A stretch of DNA of 64,000 bases. Source: Octopus bimaculoides. Lineage: Eukaryota. Under the pieces are notes generated by a model. The model ran no database searches, was not told the origin of the DNA, and worked only from the letters and a program-made list of their open reading frames with translations. Each line of letters starts with the position of its first letter. Position 1 is the stretch's first letter. The stretch is from contig NC_068994.1 of NCBI RefSeq assembly GCF_001194135.2, positions 58,807,260 to 58,871,259 on the forward strand, read 5' to 3'. Shown here piece after piece: positions 52,095 to 64,000 of this stretch. The position numbers and the translations under genes are program-made.

Positions 52095-52299
52095 ATTTAG
52101 TAAATGGAGTAAAACGCATATGTTAAATGAATTCTTTTATTTCCAACATATGTTTCGAAGATTACAAATTATACCTTCCATAGGAATAGGTGATGTTGAT
52201 AAGGATGTAATCTTCTCTTCAGGGAAATACATAGGAACCAGCATATGTTGGAAATAAAAGAATTCATTTAACACATGCGTTTTACTTCATTTACTAAAT
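52095..52299 (-). mobile_element. 205-bp non-coding PLE-type element with 58-bp inverted arms, containing a hammerhead ribozyme
   Basis: Arms 52095-52152 and 52242-52299 match at 56/58; flanked by (TA)n. Confidence 0.8.
52138..52229 (-). ncRNA. Type I hammerhead ribozyme (predicted cleavage after GUU, between 52145 and 52144)
   Basis: tatttcc CTGAAGA gaagattaca [39-nt loop] tgtaatcttc GAA ACATATGT T ggaaata: 7-bp stem I, 10-bp stem II, 8-nt palindromic stem III, complete core. Confidence 0.88.
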
Positions 52300-52516
52300 C
52301 TATATATATACTCAAGTACCCAGAATAACAAGGAGTTTCTACCTCATAAACAGGAGTTACACCACAGTCATTTTGTGATCTTTGCTACCCTGGTATCTAT
52401 TAACCAATTTATTTTATCCGAGTTAATTATTAACTTAGAGAAAATAAATACATATAATAATAATATATATATACTGTATATATGTGTGTGTGTTTGTCTG
52501 TCTGTCTGCATGCATG

Positions 52517-52551
<35 letters not shown>

Positions 52552-53149
52552 TTTGTGAGGAGACAGACATTGACGGAGACAGACATTGACGGAGACAGAC
52601 AGATATACAAACAATCTTGGTCGTCTGCCGTTCACAGTTGAGATGAACGGACCAATCAAAAAGTGCCTGTTCCTACTGCTCTTCACTCTCCCCCTACCAT
52701 TTTAATTTCTCCTTCTCTTCTCCTCTCTCTCTCTCTCTCCCTTCCTCCTCATCCCGCCTCAACCTCCTCTTCTTTCCCCCTTGTTTCTATTCCCTTCTCT
52801 CCTCTATCTCCCGCCTCACTCTTTCGTCTTTTCCACAATCTACTTCCGCCACCGTCGTCACCACCACCACTACCACTTTTCTTTTCAATCCTCCTCCTTC
52901 CATAATTTGCTTGTTAGTATCTCCTCTTCCCTCACCCCGGCTCTCACTAACAATGGGGCGTGAACTTGGTGTTGTGTTTTTGAAGAGACAAGAGGAGAGA
53001 AAGGTAAAGAAAGTGAGAGGAGAGAGAAGAAAAGAGAAATGTGTGTGCGTGTGTGTATAAATAGAAAATAATAAACATAAACACTCGTGTGTGTGTGTGT
53101 GTGTGTGTACAAACACGTACTGCAATGACAGTGAGAAGCTTCAAAATCA

Positions 53150-53440
53150 AATCCGGTTCTGTATTGACATAGATACGAGATATGTCTTGTATCTTCTCTG
53201 GGTACGATCGCGTTTCTAGTCGTCAGACATTCATTGGAACCCATGGACACATGATCCTTTTTCTGCGGAGCTGTAAAAGACGATATATTAGACTCTTACT
53301 GGTATAGGAAACAGTCGAAACATGTAAAACAGATATACAGTCAATGCCCGAAATGTTTACACGGCAGATGTCGGGGGTGTCATGTTCGTCAAAAAGATGC
53401 CGTAAAAGAGACGGCCAAAGTGTTATATTTCTCTACATTC
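53150..53440 (+). mobile_element. Possible Tc1/mariner C-terminal remnant
   Basis: PMD..FFCGAVKD and PEMFTR...C.KRDGQ resemble P.DFFFWG.VKD...PEML.RV...C...GG; degenerate. Confidence 0.35.
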
Positions 53441-54409
53441 CAACACAGTGGTTCAAACATTTATATTTATAGAATTTAGTGTTGCGAAACACTGCTATGC
53501 TGATGTTGAGTTTTCAAATAAATCGGTTTCTATTTTACCATTCAGGAATATATCGGAACAAAAAGGTAGGATTACGGCTTGATGGCGCCATAGAGATTTT
53601 TCGACGTTCAACTAATTTATGATTTTGTAAAAATCTCGTAGCAGTTCGCTGTGTCTAACTTTCCGGTCTCTGCTGCTGAAGAGAAGATAATCACTCCGAA
53701 ATGCATGCTGTGAACTGACTCGGTGTATTTACGCCTATTTATCTACAGCGAAATATTTTCTCCATCACAAAATACAGTAAATGACTTTCTTGCAGGTTCG
53801 AACAGGCCTCAAGCATATTTGAATCGCTAACGGGTGTCATATCGTTTTCTCTCACCTCTCTCCTTCCCCTCTCTCTTTCATTCTCTGTTTGTCTGTCTGT
53901 CTGTCTCTGTCTTTGATTTCTCCCTTTGTATACATAGCTCTCTTTGTCTCCACCCTCTCCNNNNNNNNNNNNNNNNNNNNNNNNNNNNNNNNNNNNNNNN
54001 NNNNNNTGTCCTCTCGGTATGTGTGTGTATGTGTGTGTGTATGTGTGTGCATATGATTTTTACATTAGATTGTTTAACTGAAAGACTAACACTTCCCCCC
54101 ATCCCTACACTATCACAAGGGCGTGTGTTAGTCTTAAGAAAACTATTCAACAGATAAAACATCAAAAGTAGCTTTAGCTGTTTCACACATGGTAATTTAA
54201 TGAAGATCGTCAAAAGACAAAACCCAACGGGAAAGACAAGCCCACTTCCGGGAAAGTTGACTGCAACGACAGAACACACACACACACATATATATGCATA
54301 TACATGTGAGTGTATGTGTGTGTGTTTTGCGTCTATGCTTGTGTCCCCACCGCCTGACAACTGATGTTGGTTTCTCTACGTCCCCATGTTGGGGTCCCAC
54401 CTTTTAGTG

Positions 54410-54905
54410 TTATTACGTTTATTTTCTGCATTATTGTTTCTTGTAAGCGAGTTGGACGGAGCTCCTCTTCTGCTGTGATCTAGGTTCATTCGGTATCTCA
54501 GATTAAAAATGTCTCGCGACGTTCTTTGAAGACCTCAAATCATTGAGGTTGTTTGACAGAATGTTGAATTGAGGTTGTTTGACAGAATGTTGAATTGAGG
54601 TTGTTTGACAGAATGTTGAATAGTTGTGGATTCTTGAAACCTAAACCGTTACAGTATTGGGGTCTTTGGCTCAGTTCAATGGAACATCTTTCAACTCCAA
54701 AGTTGTGAGTTAGACCTTCCAGTATCTTCCGTACGTATATCCCTGCCTATCTTTCGCTCTCTTCTCACTAGGGAGTGGAGTTTCAGTTCCTTTGGCCACT
54801 CTAGGTATCTCACCTGTTACACCAGTCAGTCTTCTTTGTGTTGTAGCATTGGAGGGCCCCGAGTTCCGCCACAAGTTCGATGCTCTGCACTGACTACAGT
54901 TGGCA
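54410..54905 (-). mobile_element. CR1-group LINE 3' remnant containing a 3 x 26-bp tandem (54543-54620)
   Basis: IYVRKILEGLTHNFGVE...YCNGLGFKNPQLFNIL...IPNEP; same family as 46320-47622. Tandem unit ttgaggttgtttgacagaatgttgaa. Confidence 0.75.
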
Positions 54906-55019
54906 GCAGTAATCCAGAGGACTGGGAATTTTTTTGTCTTATATACAATCTTGCCAACTTTTTCCTTTCTGTTTGGTTTTTTTTTTTTAATTGCTGGGTC
55001 TGGAACGAGGGGTCGTGCC

Positions 55020-55520
55020 TATAGCCTTCGAACGCTCCCCTAGACTGGTAAGCTTGATGTCATTAATGTTCGTCTTGAAACTTGCTGAGCCAACAACGGC
55101 AGAGAAAACAGGAACAGAGAGGAAGAGGAAATTCCAGGGATGTGAAGAAAGGGTAGAGGCCAATAGAGTAAGGGTGGAAGAGGCAAAGAAGACAGCGACG
55201 TCTGGGGACCTGAGAAAAAAAATGGAGCTTTCTATGATCGACTCTATATGAATCAGTTGGGTGTGCCTTTAGTGGAGGAGTCAAAGATATCAGTGTGTGT
55301 GCGTGTGTTCCACTATATCTCCATACTGTAGGAAGGTTACAAACTTTTCCGTTACCTCAGAAGCTATCCACTTTCTTCCAGTTCTTACCCCAGAAAGGGA
55401 GGAACGGGTAACAAATTTGTTCGGATAGTGCATTATCAGAACCATCTCTGCACCCCAACTCCCATTTGTACAGCTCAATTATCAATAGAATTGCTGACTC
55501 TAAGGGACCTTTGTTCTTGA
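55020..55520 (-). mobile_element. Degenerate L2/Crack-like LINE 3' remnant
   Basis: TQLIHIESIIES, RRRCLLCLFHPY and SFKTNINDIKL resemble the 5956-6335 family. Confidence 0.45.
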
Positions 55521-55852
55521 ACAAAGTCACCCACACAAAGGTCCATGGCAATCCTGGCCACTTGTGGAATATAGGTGTTACATTTCCATTTAATTGTCAC
55601 AGCCTGTGTCACATAACATCAGTGGCCTCTGCAGTCTGGGGTACAAAGAGTCCCTTGTCAGCCCCATTTCCTTTATTCTCATCCCCTCACTTAAACAACC
55701 CCTCATACAGCCTGGCTGCCCAGGCCCTTCACACGCTCCTCTTACATTGTAGGCATGACTTCTCTTACGATCTCATACTTCTTTCTGTCCTCCTTTAACG
55801 AGTGTTACCCTGTGTGGCTTATAATGATGATAATAATAATAATAATAATAAT

Positions 55853-56405
55853 ATGTGCTTCTTTGATCACGAGCAGAAATAATGGGGAGCATCATAGCCA
55901 TATTGTTATCATGTACATACTTTCGTCTTGGTATAAAAGATGGACTACAGCGAATATTCTGCTCAATACCACAGATTTGCTCGTCAGTTGTTTGACCTTA
56001 ACCAGTTGATCATGTCCCTTGGTGGCTGACGATATGTGCATCTCTGATCATGAGCAGAAGTAGTGGGGGCGGGGAGCATCATAGCCATGTGTTGAAAAGA
56101 ATTATTTGGGAGTTGGATAATTCACCTTTGGAAACATGGGTGTTTTGTTCAACATCCTTAAACAACTCTTATTCAGGGACCATTTGAGCGGGATGGGCTA
56201 TTCGAACTGAAAAAAAATCTAGCTGGGCCCCCACCTTCAAGGTCATGCTCTGTTTATCTTGATATGAGATCACCATGTCGCGCACATATGGTGGTGATGC
56301 ATGTGCCTGGTGTACCCTTATCAGACGGGTGGTCATGATGGGTATACTGGGCTTCGTATATTTTACCCCAGTGTCACTTTAATGGCATGCACTGCTCTCT
56401 CACTC
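55853..56405 (+). mobile_element. ~555-bp non-coding retroposon (family D), copy 1, flanked by (AAT)n
   Basis: Homologous to 56439-56998; ends ...gcactgctctctcactc(aat)n like the 5'-truncated fragment at 24951-25073. Confidence 0.8.
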
Positions 56406-56438
56406 AATAATAATAATAGTAATAATAATAATAATAAA

Positions 56439-56998
56439 TGCCCGGATGCAGTACCAGGCAGTGACTCTCATGGCTTCTCATCTTAACTGATTGGAAGCGT
56501 TATCATGTACATTGTTTTGTCTTTGTATAAAAGATGGGCTACAGCAAATATTCTGCTTAATACCACAGATTTGCTTGTCAGTTGCTTGACCATAAACCAG
56601 TTGAACATGTCCCTTGGTAGCTGACGATATGTGCATCTCTGATCACGAGTAGAAGTAGTGGTGAGGGGGGGCATCATAACCATGTGTTGAGAGGAATTCT
56701 TTGGAGTTTGGATAATTCTCCTCTGGAAACATGGGTTGTTTTGTTCATCATCTGTAAACAACTCTTATTCAGGGACCTCTTTTGAGCGGGATGGGCTACT
56801 CAACCTGAACAAAATTCTAACTGGACCCCACCTGCAAGGTCATGCGCTGTTTATCTTTATATGAAATCCCCCATGTCGTGCATAGATGGTTGTGATACAT
56901 GTGCCTGATGTACCCTTATCAGACGGGTGGTCATGATGGGTATACTGGGCTTCATATATTTTACCCCAGGGTCACTTTGATGGCATGCACTCTCACCT
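56439..56998 (+). mobile_element. Family D retroposon, copy 2, directly after copy 1's (AAT)n tail
   Basis: Starts tgcccggatgcagtaccaggca and ends before (taa)n; visibly diverged from copy 1, so not an assembly duplicate. Confidence 0.8.
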
Positions 56999-57044
56999 AA
57001 TAATAATAATAATAATAATAATTATTATTATTATTATTATAATT

Positions 57045-57255
57045 CCCTTTCTACTATAGACACAAAGCCTGAAATTTGGAAGGAGGGATGAGTCGATTAC
57101 ATCGACCACAGTGGTTGGCTGGTACTTATTTTATCGACCCCCGGAAGGATGAAAGGCAAAGTAGACCTTGGCGGAATTTGAACTCAGAACGTGAAGACGG
57201 ACGAAATACAATTAAGTATTTTGTCCAGTGTGCTAACGATTCTGCCAGCTCACCG
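57045..57255 (-). mobile_element. SINE family B flanked by (AAT)n/(ATT)n
   Basis: ggtacttattttatcgacccccggaaggatgaaaggcaaagtagaccttggcggaatttgaactcagaac. Confidence 0.9.
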
Positions 57256-57636
57256 AATTAATAATAATAATAATAATAATAATACCACCACTGCTACTAC
57301 TACTACTACTACTACTACTACATACTGCTACATGTTTGGTTATCTCCTCCAACAACTGGCATTGCCCTTGTTGCTGCAACCACCACCACCACCATCATCA
57401 TCATCGCTACCAACAACAACACAATCACCACCATCATCTTCAACATCATCATCATCGTCAACAATGCTAACACTTCAACTACTATAATAGTCCGTTACTA
57501 CTACTACTACTACAACCGCCGCTGCTGCTGCTATTGCTGCTGCTGCTGCTGCATCTCTCAATGCCATTACAGTTTTACGGCCACCATAATGTTACGGATA
57601 AATTTACAATCAGCCGATGAAAAACGGTGAGTGACG

Positions 57637-58070
<434 letters not shown>

Positions 58071-58653
58071 TAAAAGAAAATTCCCTTTCTTTAAGAATCA
58101 CGAAGTTACTCGCCATTACCGCTAGATTTATATTTTCTTTTCCCAGTTGAAGAGTAAATCCCAAATTATTACAGGTATTCGTGTACGTCAATCAATACAT
58201 CACCATCTACCCGTATCACACACACACACATTATATTTTTTAACTTTCACCCTGAATAGGATTTCAGCGTTCAATCGTGTGGAACGGAATGTTGAAGCTG
58301 GTGTGGTGGTGGTGGTTGGTAGTGGAGGGGGTTGTGATTGTAGAACTATTATCATGTGTAGTGATGGTGGTGGTGCTGGTGATGTTGATGGTGCTGCTGC
58401 CAACAAAATGGTGGTGTGGTGACGGTTGTACTAGTAGCAGCAGCAGCATTACTTCTGTTTAACCACAGGCCAACAGTAATCGGTGGACACAGGAAGGGAG
58501 ACGGACTCCGGCCGTGACCACACTGTCTTTTTATATGTCCACGTTGCTATTTCTAGCAATTCCAGATACCACAAAGAAATTTCGTCTTCTGCTCACGTGG
58601 TGGGGGAAGATGGCATTCGTTTCTGTGTTAATTCTGTCGCTATTTTGTATAGA

Positions 58654-58689
<36 letters not shown>

Positions 58690-59503
58690 GTTGTATATAT
58701 GTATAAATGTGCGCGAGTGTGTAATGTGTGTGAGAGACAAGGAGAGTGAAGAAAATTGCATTAATTTTATGAAGGGGTGATGAGAGGTGAGAGGAACCGT
58801 TTCGATGAATGCATATGCGTTTATAAGCATAGATATGTATGTATTTATGTACGTATGTGTGTTTATNNNNNNNNNNNNNNNNNNNNNNNNNNNNNNNNNN
58901 NNNNNNNNNNNNNNNNNNNNNNNNNNNNNNNNNNNNNNNNNNNNNNNNNNNNNNNNNNNNNNNNNNNNNNNNNNNNNNNNNNNNNNNNNNNNNNNNNNNN
59001 NNNNNNNNNNNNNNNNNNNNNNNNNNNNNNNNNNNNNNNNNNNNNNNNNNNNNNNNNNNNNNNNNNNNNNNNNNNNNNNNNNNNNNNNNNNNNNNNNNNN
59101 NNNNNNNNNNNNNNNNNNNNNNNNNNNNNNNNNNNNNNNNNNNNNNNNNNNNNNNNNNNNNNNNNNNNNNNNNNNNNNNNNNNNNNNNNNNNNNNNNNNN
59201 NNNNNNNNNNNNNNNNNNNNNNNNNNNNNNNNNNNNNNNNNNNNNNNNNNNNNNNNNNNNNNNNNNNNNNNNNNNNNNNNNNNNNNNNNNNNNNNNNNNN
59301 NNNNNNNNNNNNNNNNNNNNNNNNNNNNNNNNNNNNNNNNNNNNNNNNNNNNNNNNNNNNNNNNNNNNNNNNNNNNNNNNNNNNNNNNNNNNNNNNNNNN
59401 NNNNNNNNNNNNNNNNNNNNNNNNNNNNNNNNNNNNNNNNNNNNNNNNNNNNNNNNNNNNNNNNNNNNNNNNNNNNNNNNNNNNNNNNNNNNNNNNNNNN
59501 NNN

Positions 59504-59549
<46 letters not shown>

Positions 59550-60007
59550 TATATATACCTAAATGCATATCTCTTTCCTGCGCACAAACTGTAAAAGAGC
59601 GTTGATACCAATACATAATTACATAAATCATGCGAGGAAATGCGCATAAAAATGCGTGAGTTCGTGTGTGAGTGTGAGAGAGACAGAGACAGACACACAG
59701 ACAGCCGGATGGACAGACAGTCAGACAGACAGAATTAATTCATATTCATAAAAATTATAATTTTCAAAATTATAGATAAATAGAAAGAAATATTGATACG
59801 TTTGAAATTATTTCGTGTTAACAATAAAGCAATAAAGGAATTCATATATCGGTATGTATACGTATATACATACATATACATATATATATATGTAACATAT
59901 ATATATATATATATATGTAACATATATACATATATATGTAACATATATATATACATATACGTAATATATATGTATATATATATACGTAATATATATGTAT
60001 ATATATA

Positions 60008-60042
<35 letters not shown>

Positions 60043-60055
60043 TATGTGAATATAC

Positions 60056-60096
<41 letters not shown>

Positions 60097-60100
<4 letters not shown>

Positions 60101-60295
60101 TTATTTATTTATTTATTTATGTGTTTCAGCCAAGTGGCTGCGGTCATGCTGGTGCACCACCGTGATTTTCACGTTCCTCGCATGGCTCTTCTCCCCCACC
60201 TGACATGGTCCAATCAAGAGTTTCGATGGCACATCTGGTGTATAAGAGAATTTGACGTAGCTGCCCTAAACTGCGTCTCATTACGAGCCATATAT
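60097..60295 (-). mobile_element. CR1-group LINE extreme 3' end with (TAAA)n tail
   Basis: Encodes ...RNETQFRAATSNSLIHQ; 3' UTR ends ggtggtgcaccagcatgaccgcagccacttggctgaaacac(ataa)n. Confidence 0.75.
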
Positions 60296-61144
60296 ATCAT
60301 ATATGAATGTAATATCCACATGAATAGATATGCATATAATGTGTATATATATATATAGATCATATATAAATNNNNNNNNNNNNNNNNNNNNNNNNNNNNN
60401 NNNNNNNNNNNNNNNNNNNNNNNNNNNNNNNNNNNNNNNNNNNNNNNNNNNNNNNNNNNNNNNNNNNNNNNNNNNNNNNNNNNNNNNNNNNNNNNNNNNN
60501 NNNNNNNNNNNNNNNNNNNNNNNNNNNNNNNNNNNNNNNNNNNNNNNNNNNNNNNNNNNNNNNNNNNNNNNNNNNNNNNNNNNNNNNNNNNNNNNNNNNN
60601 NNNNNNNNNNNNNNNNNNNNNNNNNNNNNNNNNNNNNNNNNNNNNNNNNNNNNNNNNNNNNNNNNNNNNNNNNNNNNNNNNNNNNNNNNNNNNNNNNNNN
60701 NNNNNNNNNNNNNNNNNNNNNNNNNNNNNNNNNNNNNNNNNNNNNNNNNNNNNNNNNNNNNNNNNNNNNNNNNNNNNNNNNNNNNNNNNNNNNNNNNNNN
60801 NNNNNNNNNNNNNNNNNNNNNNNNNNNNNNNNNNNNNNNNNNNNNNNNNNNNNNNNNNNNNNNNNNNNNNNNNNNNNNNNNNNNNNNNNNNNNNNNNNNN
60901 NNNNNNNNNNNNNNNNNNNNNNNNNNNNNNNNNNNNNNNNNNNNNNNNNNNNNNNNNNNNNNNNNNNNNNNNNNNNNNNNNNNNNNNNNNNNNNNNNNNN
61001 NNNNNNNNNNNNNNNNNNNNNNNNNNTATATATATATATATATATATAGTAATAATGATATAATAGAATATTAAATGATATATATGCATTCGTAAGTGTA
61101 TATATAAACATAAATATATATATGTGTGTGTATTATATGTAATT

Positions 61145-61348
61145 TTTTGGCGCAAGGCCAACAAATCTAGAAAGGAGGGACCATTCGATTTCATTGATTC
61201 CAGTGGGAAAGAGGGACTTATTTCATCGACCCTGGAAAGATGAAAGGTAAAATCGACCTCGGTCGAATTTGAACTCAGAACATAAAGAACCGTAGGAAAT
61301 CCCGCTAAGCAATTTGTCTAGAGGGTCGGCAATTCTCCCAGTTCACCT
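61145..61348 (-). mobile_element. SINE family B
   Basis: ttatttcatcgaccctggaaagatgaaaggtaaaatcgacctcggtcgaatttgaactcagaac. Confidence 0.85.
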
Positions 61349-61442
61349 TATGTATATATGTGTGTATGTGTGTATGAGTGTATAAAATATATGCATATAT
61401 GTATGTATATATATATGTATGTATGCATGTATATACCTATAG

Positions 61443-61486
<44 letters not shown>

Positions 61487-61639
61487 TTATCTATCTATCT
61501 ATATCAATATATGTGCGCGCGCGCATGTTTGTATGTGTCTCTGTATATGTGCGTGTCTGTGTGTGCATGTCTGTCCGCGTGTGTATGTGTGCATGTATGT
61601 TTGAATCTATGTATTTATTTATGTACGTATGTGTATATG

Positions 61640-61676
<37 letters not shown>

Positions 61677-61996
61677 CTCTCTCTATATATACATATCTAT
61701 CTATCATATATATAACGTACATATATACATATATAGGTACACACATATACATACATACATAAATGAATATATTTTTATATGTATATATCATTATTATTAT
61801 CATCACTACCATCATCATCATTATTATTATTATTGCGGTCGAGTCAGTGTCCTGCTCCTCAGTTTCACAACTGGGTCGAAGATCCTAGGCCCCCACAGGT
61901 GGAACTGCAAGTGACTGACTCAACCAAAATAGAACATAATTTTAATCTCTACCACGGTTTTGAGGACTCTTTGTACCAGCTATTAACACTAAATGG

Positions 61997-62028
<32 letters not shown>

Positions 62029-62479
62029 NNNNNNNNNNNNNNNNNNNNNNNNNNNNNNNNNNNNNNNNNNNNNNNNNNNNNNNNNNNNNNNNNNNNNNNN
62101 NNNNNNNNNNNNNNNNNNNNNNNNNNNNNNNNNNNNNNNNNNNNNNNNNNNNNNNNNNNNNNNNNNNNNNNNNNNNNNNNNNNNNNNNNNNNNNNNNNNN
62201 NNNNNNNNNNNNNNNNNNNNNNNNNNNNNNNNNNNNNNNNNNNNNNNNNNNNNNNNNNNNNNNNNNNNNNNNNNNNNNNNNNNNNNNNNNNNNNNNNNNN
62301 NNNNNNNNNNNNNNNNNNNNNNNNNNNNNNNNNNNNNNNNNNNNNNNNNNNNNNNNNNNNNNNNNNNNNNNNNNNNNNNNNNNNNNNNNNNNNNNNNNNN
62401 NNNNNNNNNNNNNNNNNNNNNNNNNNNNNNNNNNNNNNNNNNNNNNNNNNNNNNNNNNNNNNNNNNNNNNNNNNNNNNN

Positions 62480-62518
<39 letters not shown>

Positions 62519-62925
62519 TGTATATATGAGTATATTTATATATGAATATGTGGATGTATGTATATAAGTATGTGCTTGAGTATTTGTGTTTGGTTGTATG
62601 TGTGTGTATAATTTGAAAGGTTGCTTGACGACACGACCCGTTACCAAATAGTTCGTACTGAGTAAACGGTTCAACTCTCTAAGTTTCGATGTTCACACGG
62701 TGCGACAACATTCATCATTTCGTGGGACGAAACGACGAATCGGCTAACGGGAACGTGTGCAGGCTATATGATGCTTCAAAATATTAATTACAATTTCTGC
62801 GTTTCATATAAACAAAGACACACATACACACACAAATATGTACGCATATATATATATGTGTGTATATATGCATGCATGCATATGAATCTATCTATCTATC
62901 TATCTATCTATCTATATATATCTGA

Positions 62926-62981
62926 TCCACGCTACAAAAGGTTTCACGCACATGGACCCCATGTACCTTCTTCAGGCGGAA
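62926..62981 (-). ncRNA. Type I hammerhead ribozyme motif downstream of the Penelope endonuclease remnant (predicted cleavage after GUA at 62933)
   Basis: ttccgc CTGAAGA ag gtacatgg ggt ccatgtgc gt GAA AC ctttt GT A gcgtgga: complete core, 8-bp inner stem II with one G-U pair, 2-bp stem III, bulged stem I. Confidence 0.72.
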
Positions 62982-63520
62982 GCCATACCAGGGACTTAGG
63001 CAGTTTAAATACTAGACCTAATTTTAAAACGGGGCGAAAGAAACCCAATATTGGAACGGATTATGTGGAAGATACCATTAGGCTGACTACGCAGAATGTA
63101 AATCTCGAGATGCGAAGATCGAATGGTGTAATATTGGATGGAAAAAATGTTTGGAAAATTTTCTTTTTTTTCTTAAATAAACATTTTGATGAAAAAATTT
63201 TATAAGTAAGGAATGATAGAACAGATTTAAAAAACAGGGGGATATGTACAAATAATATACAAAACATATAATGTGAGGAGAAATGTGCAAATATAATTTA
63301 CAATACTATAAATATAAAGAAAATTTAAATAATGAGAGAATATGAAACATATATACATATAATAATAATATTAAAATATATATCGAAATATAAAATATTT
63401 GAATTATAATAAAATAAAAAGTAATAAAAATATGAATATGAGATGATATGATAACGTGAAAAGTATATAAATATATAAGTAAGTCAATTGTTGTCCAGTT
63501 CGTCGGGAACGGGTGGTTAT

Positions 63521-63707
63521 CTACCAATTTTTTAAAAGAAATTTTTGCCTATATTTACAACTATTAAAAATTTCTGATCGTGAGTTCAAGATTGAGTTTG
63601 GTATCTTGGATCTAAATAGGATATGTGCCCTTTCTGCCAAACACAGCCTGCATTTATTAGAACCATTTATGTATGGTGTAGATTTTTCTATAATCTTCCA
63701 TTTAATT
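63521..63707 (-). mobile_element. 5'-truncated Penelope-like element, GIY-YIG endonuclease C-terminus
   Basis: IKWKIIEKSTPYINGSNKCRLCLAERAHIL...LNSRSEIFNSCKYRQKFLLKNW* matches the PLE end motif W.I..KA.PY....K.C.LCL.E...I...LN.RSE..S.C.H..KFLL. Confidence 0.9.
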
Positions 63708-63912
63708 ATAGAAAAATCTACACCATACACAAATGGCTCTAATAAATAGGTGAGAGTGTGTAAATCACACGCCTATACACATTTCTAGATAGATAGAGAT
63801 ATGCGGATACCATATACATATGTGGACATACATCTCTCCTTCTTTCTTTCTTTCTCTTTCTCCCCCTCTCTCTCCCCCTCTCTCTCTCTCTCTCTCTATC
63901 TCTTTCTCTCTT

Positions 63913-64000
<88 letters not shown>

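Noticed and set aside
56330-56405. HDV-like, twister, pistol or hammerhead fold in family D termini
   Set aside because: Manual fitting failed: core residues (CUGANGA, HDV L3/P1.1, twister GUCCCAAGCCC) were absent.
56439-56470. Similarity of the family D end (cctggtactgca, minus strand) to U2 snRNA
   Set aside because: Only about 12 nt match and no other U2 features are present.

Overview
This is repeat-saturated, AT-rich eukaryotic DNA from a gapped draft assembly, with about 25 N-runs, almost all flanked by microsatellites. The tRNA-derived SINE families and the extreme (CA)n/(TA)n/(AG)n/(AAT)n load point to an Octopus genome; this is an inference from repeat content only. I found no host protein-coding gene I can support, so the window looks intergenic or intronic, and nearly all ORF-track entries are microsatellite or N-gap artefacts. 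Recognisable content: four short retroposon families (about 35 copies or fragments), decayed CR1/L2-group, L1-Tx1 and RTE LINEs, Penelope-like element (PLE) remnants, Tc1/mariner elements (DD37D maT-type and mariner), and Tc1 and hAT MITEs. The most interesting signal is a set of type I hammerhead ribozyme motifs from at least four unrelated sequence families (52138-52229, 62926-62981, 46141-46175, 43905-43941/31111-31147). Most have palindromic minimal stem III. They sit in short non-coding PLE-type elements, some with snap-back inverted ends, and one lies directly downstream of a Penelope GIY-YIG remnant. Secondary signals: a SINE sharing its 3' tail with a CR1-type LINE in the window, SINE nesting in (AAT)n tracts, inverted repeat pairs able to form dsRNA, and a mariner built from two 5' ends. 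Coordinates were counted by hand; boundaries of degenerate repeats are approximate.
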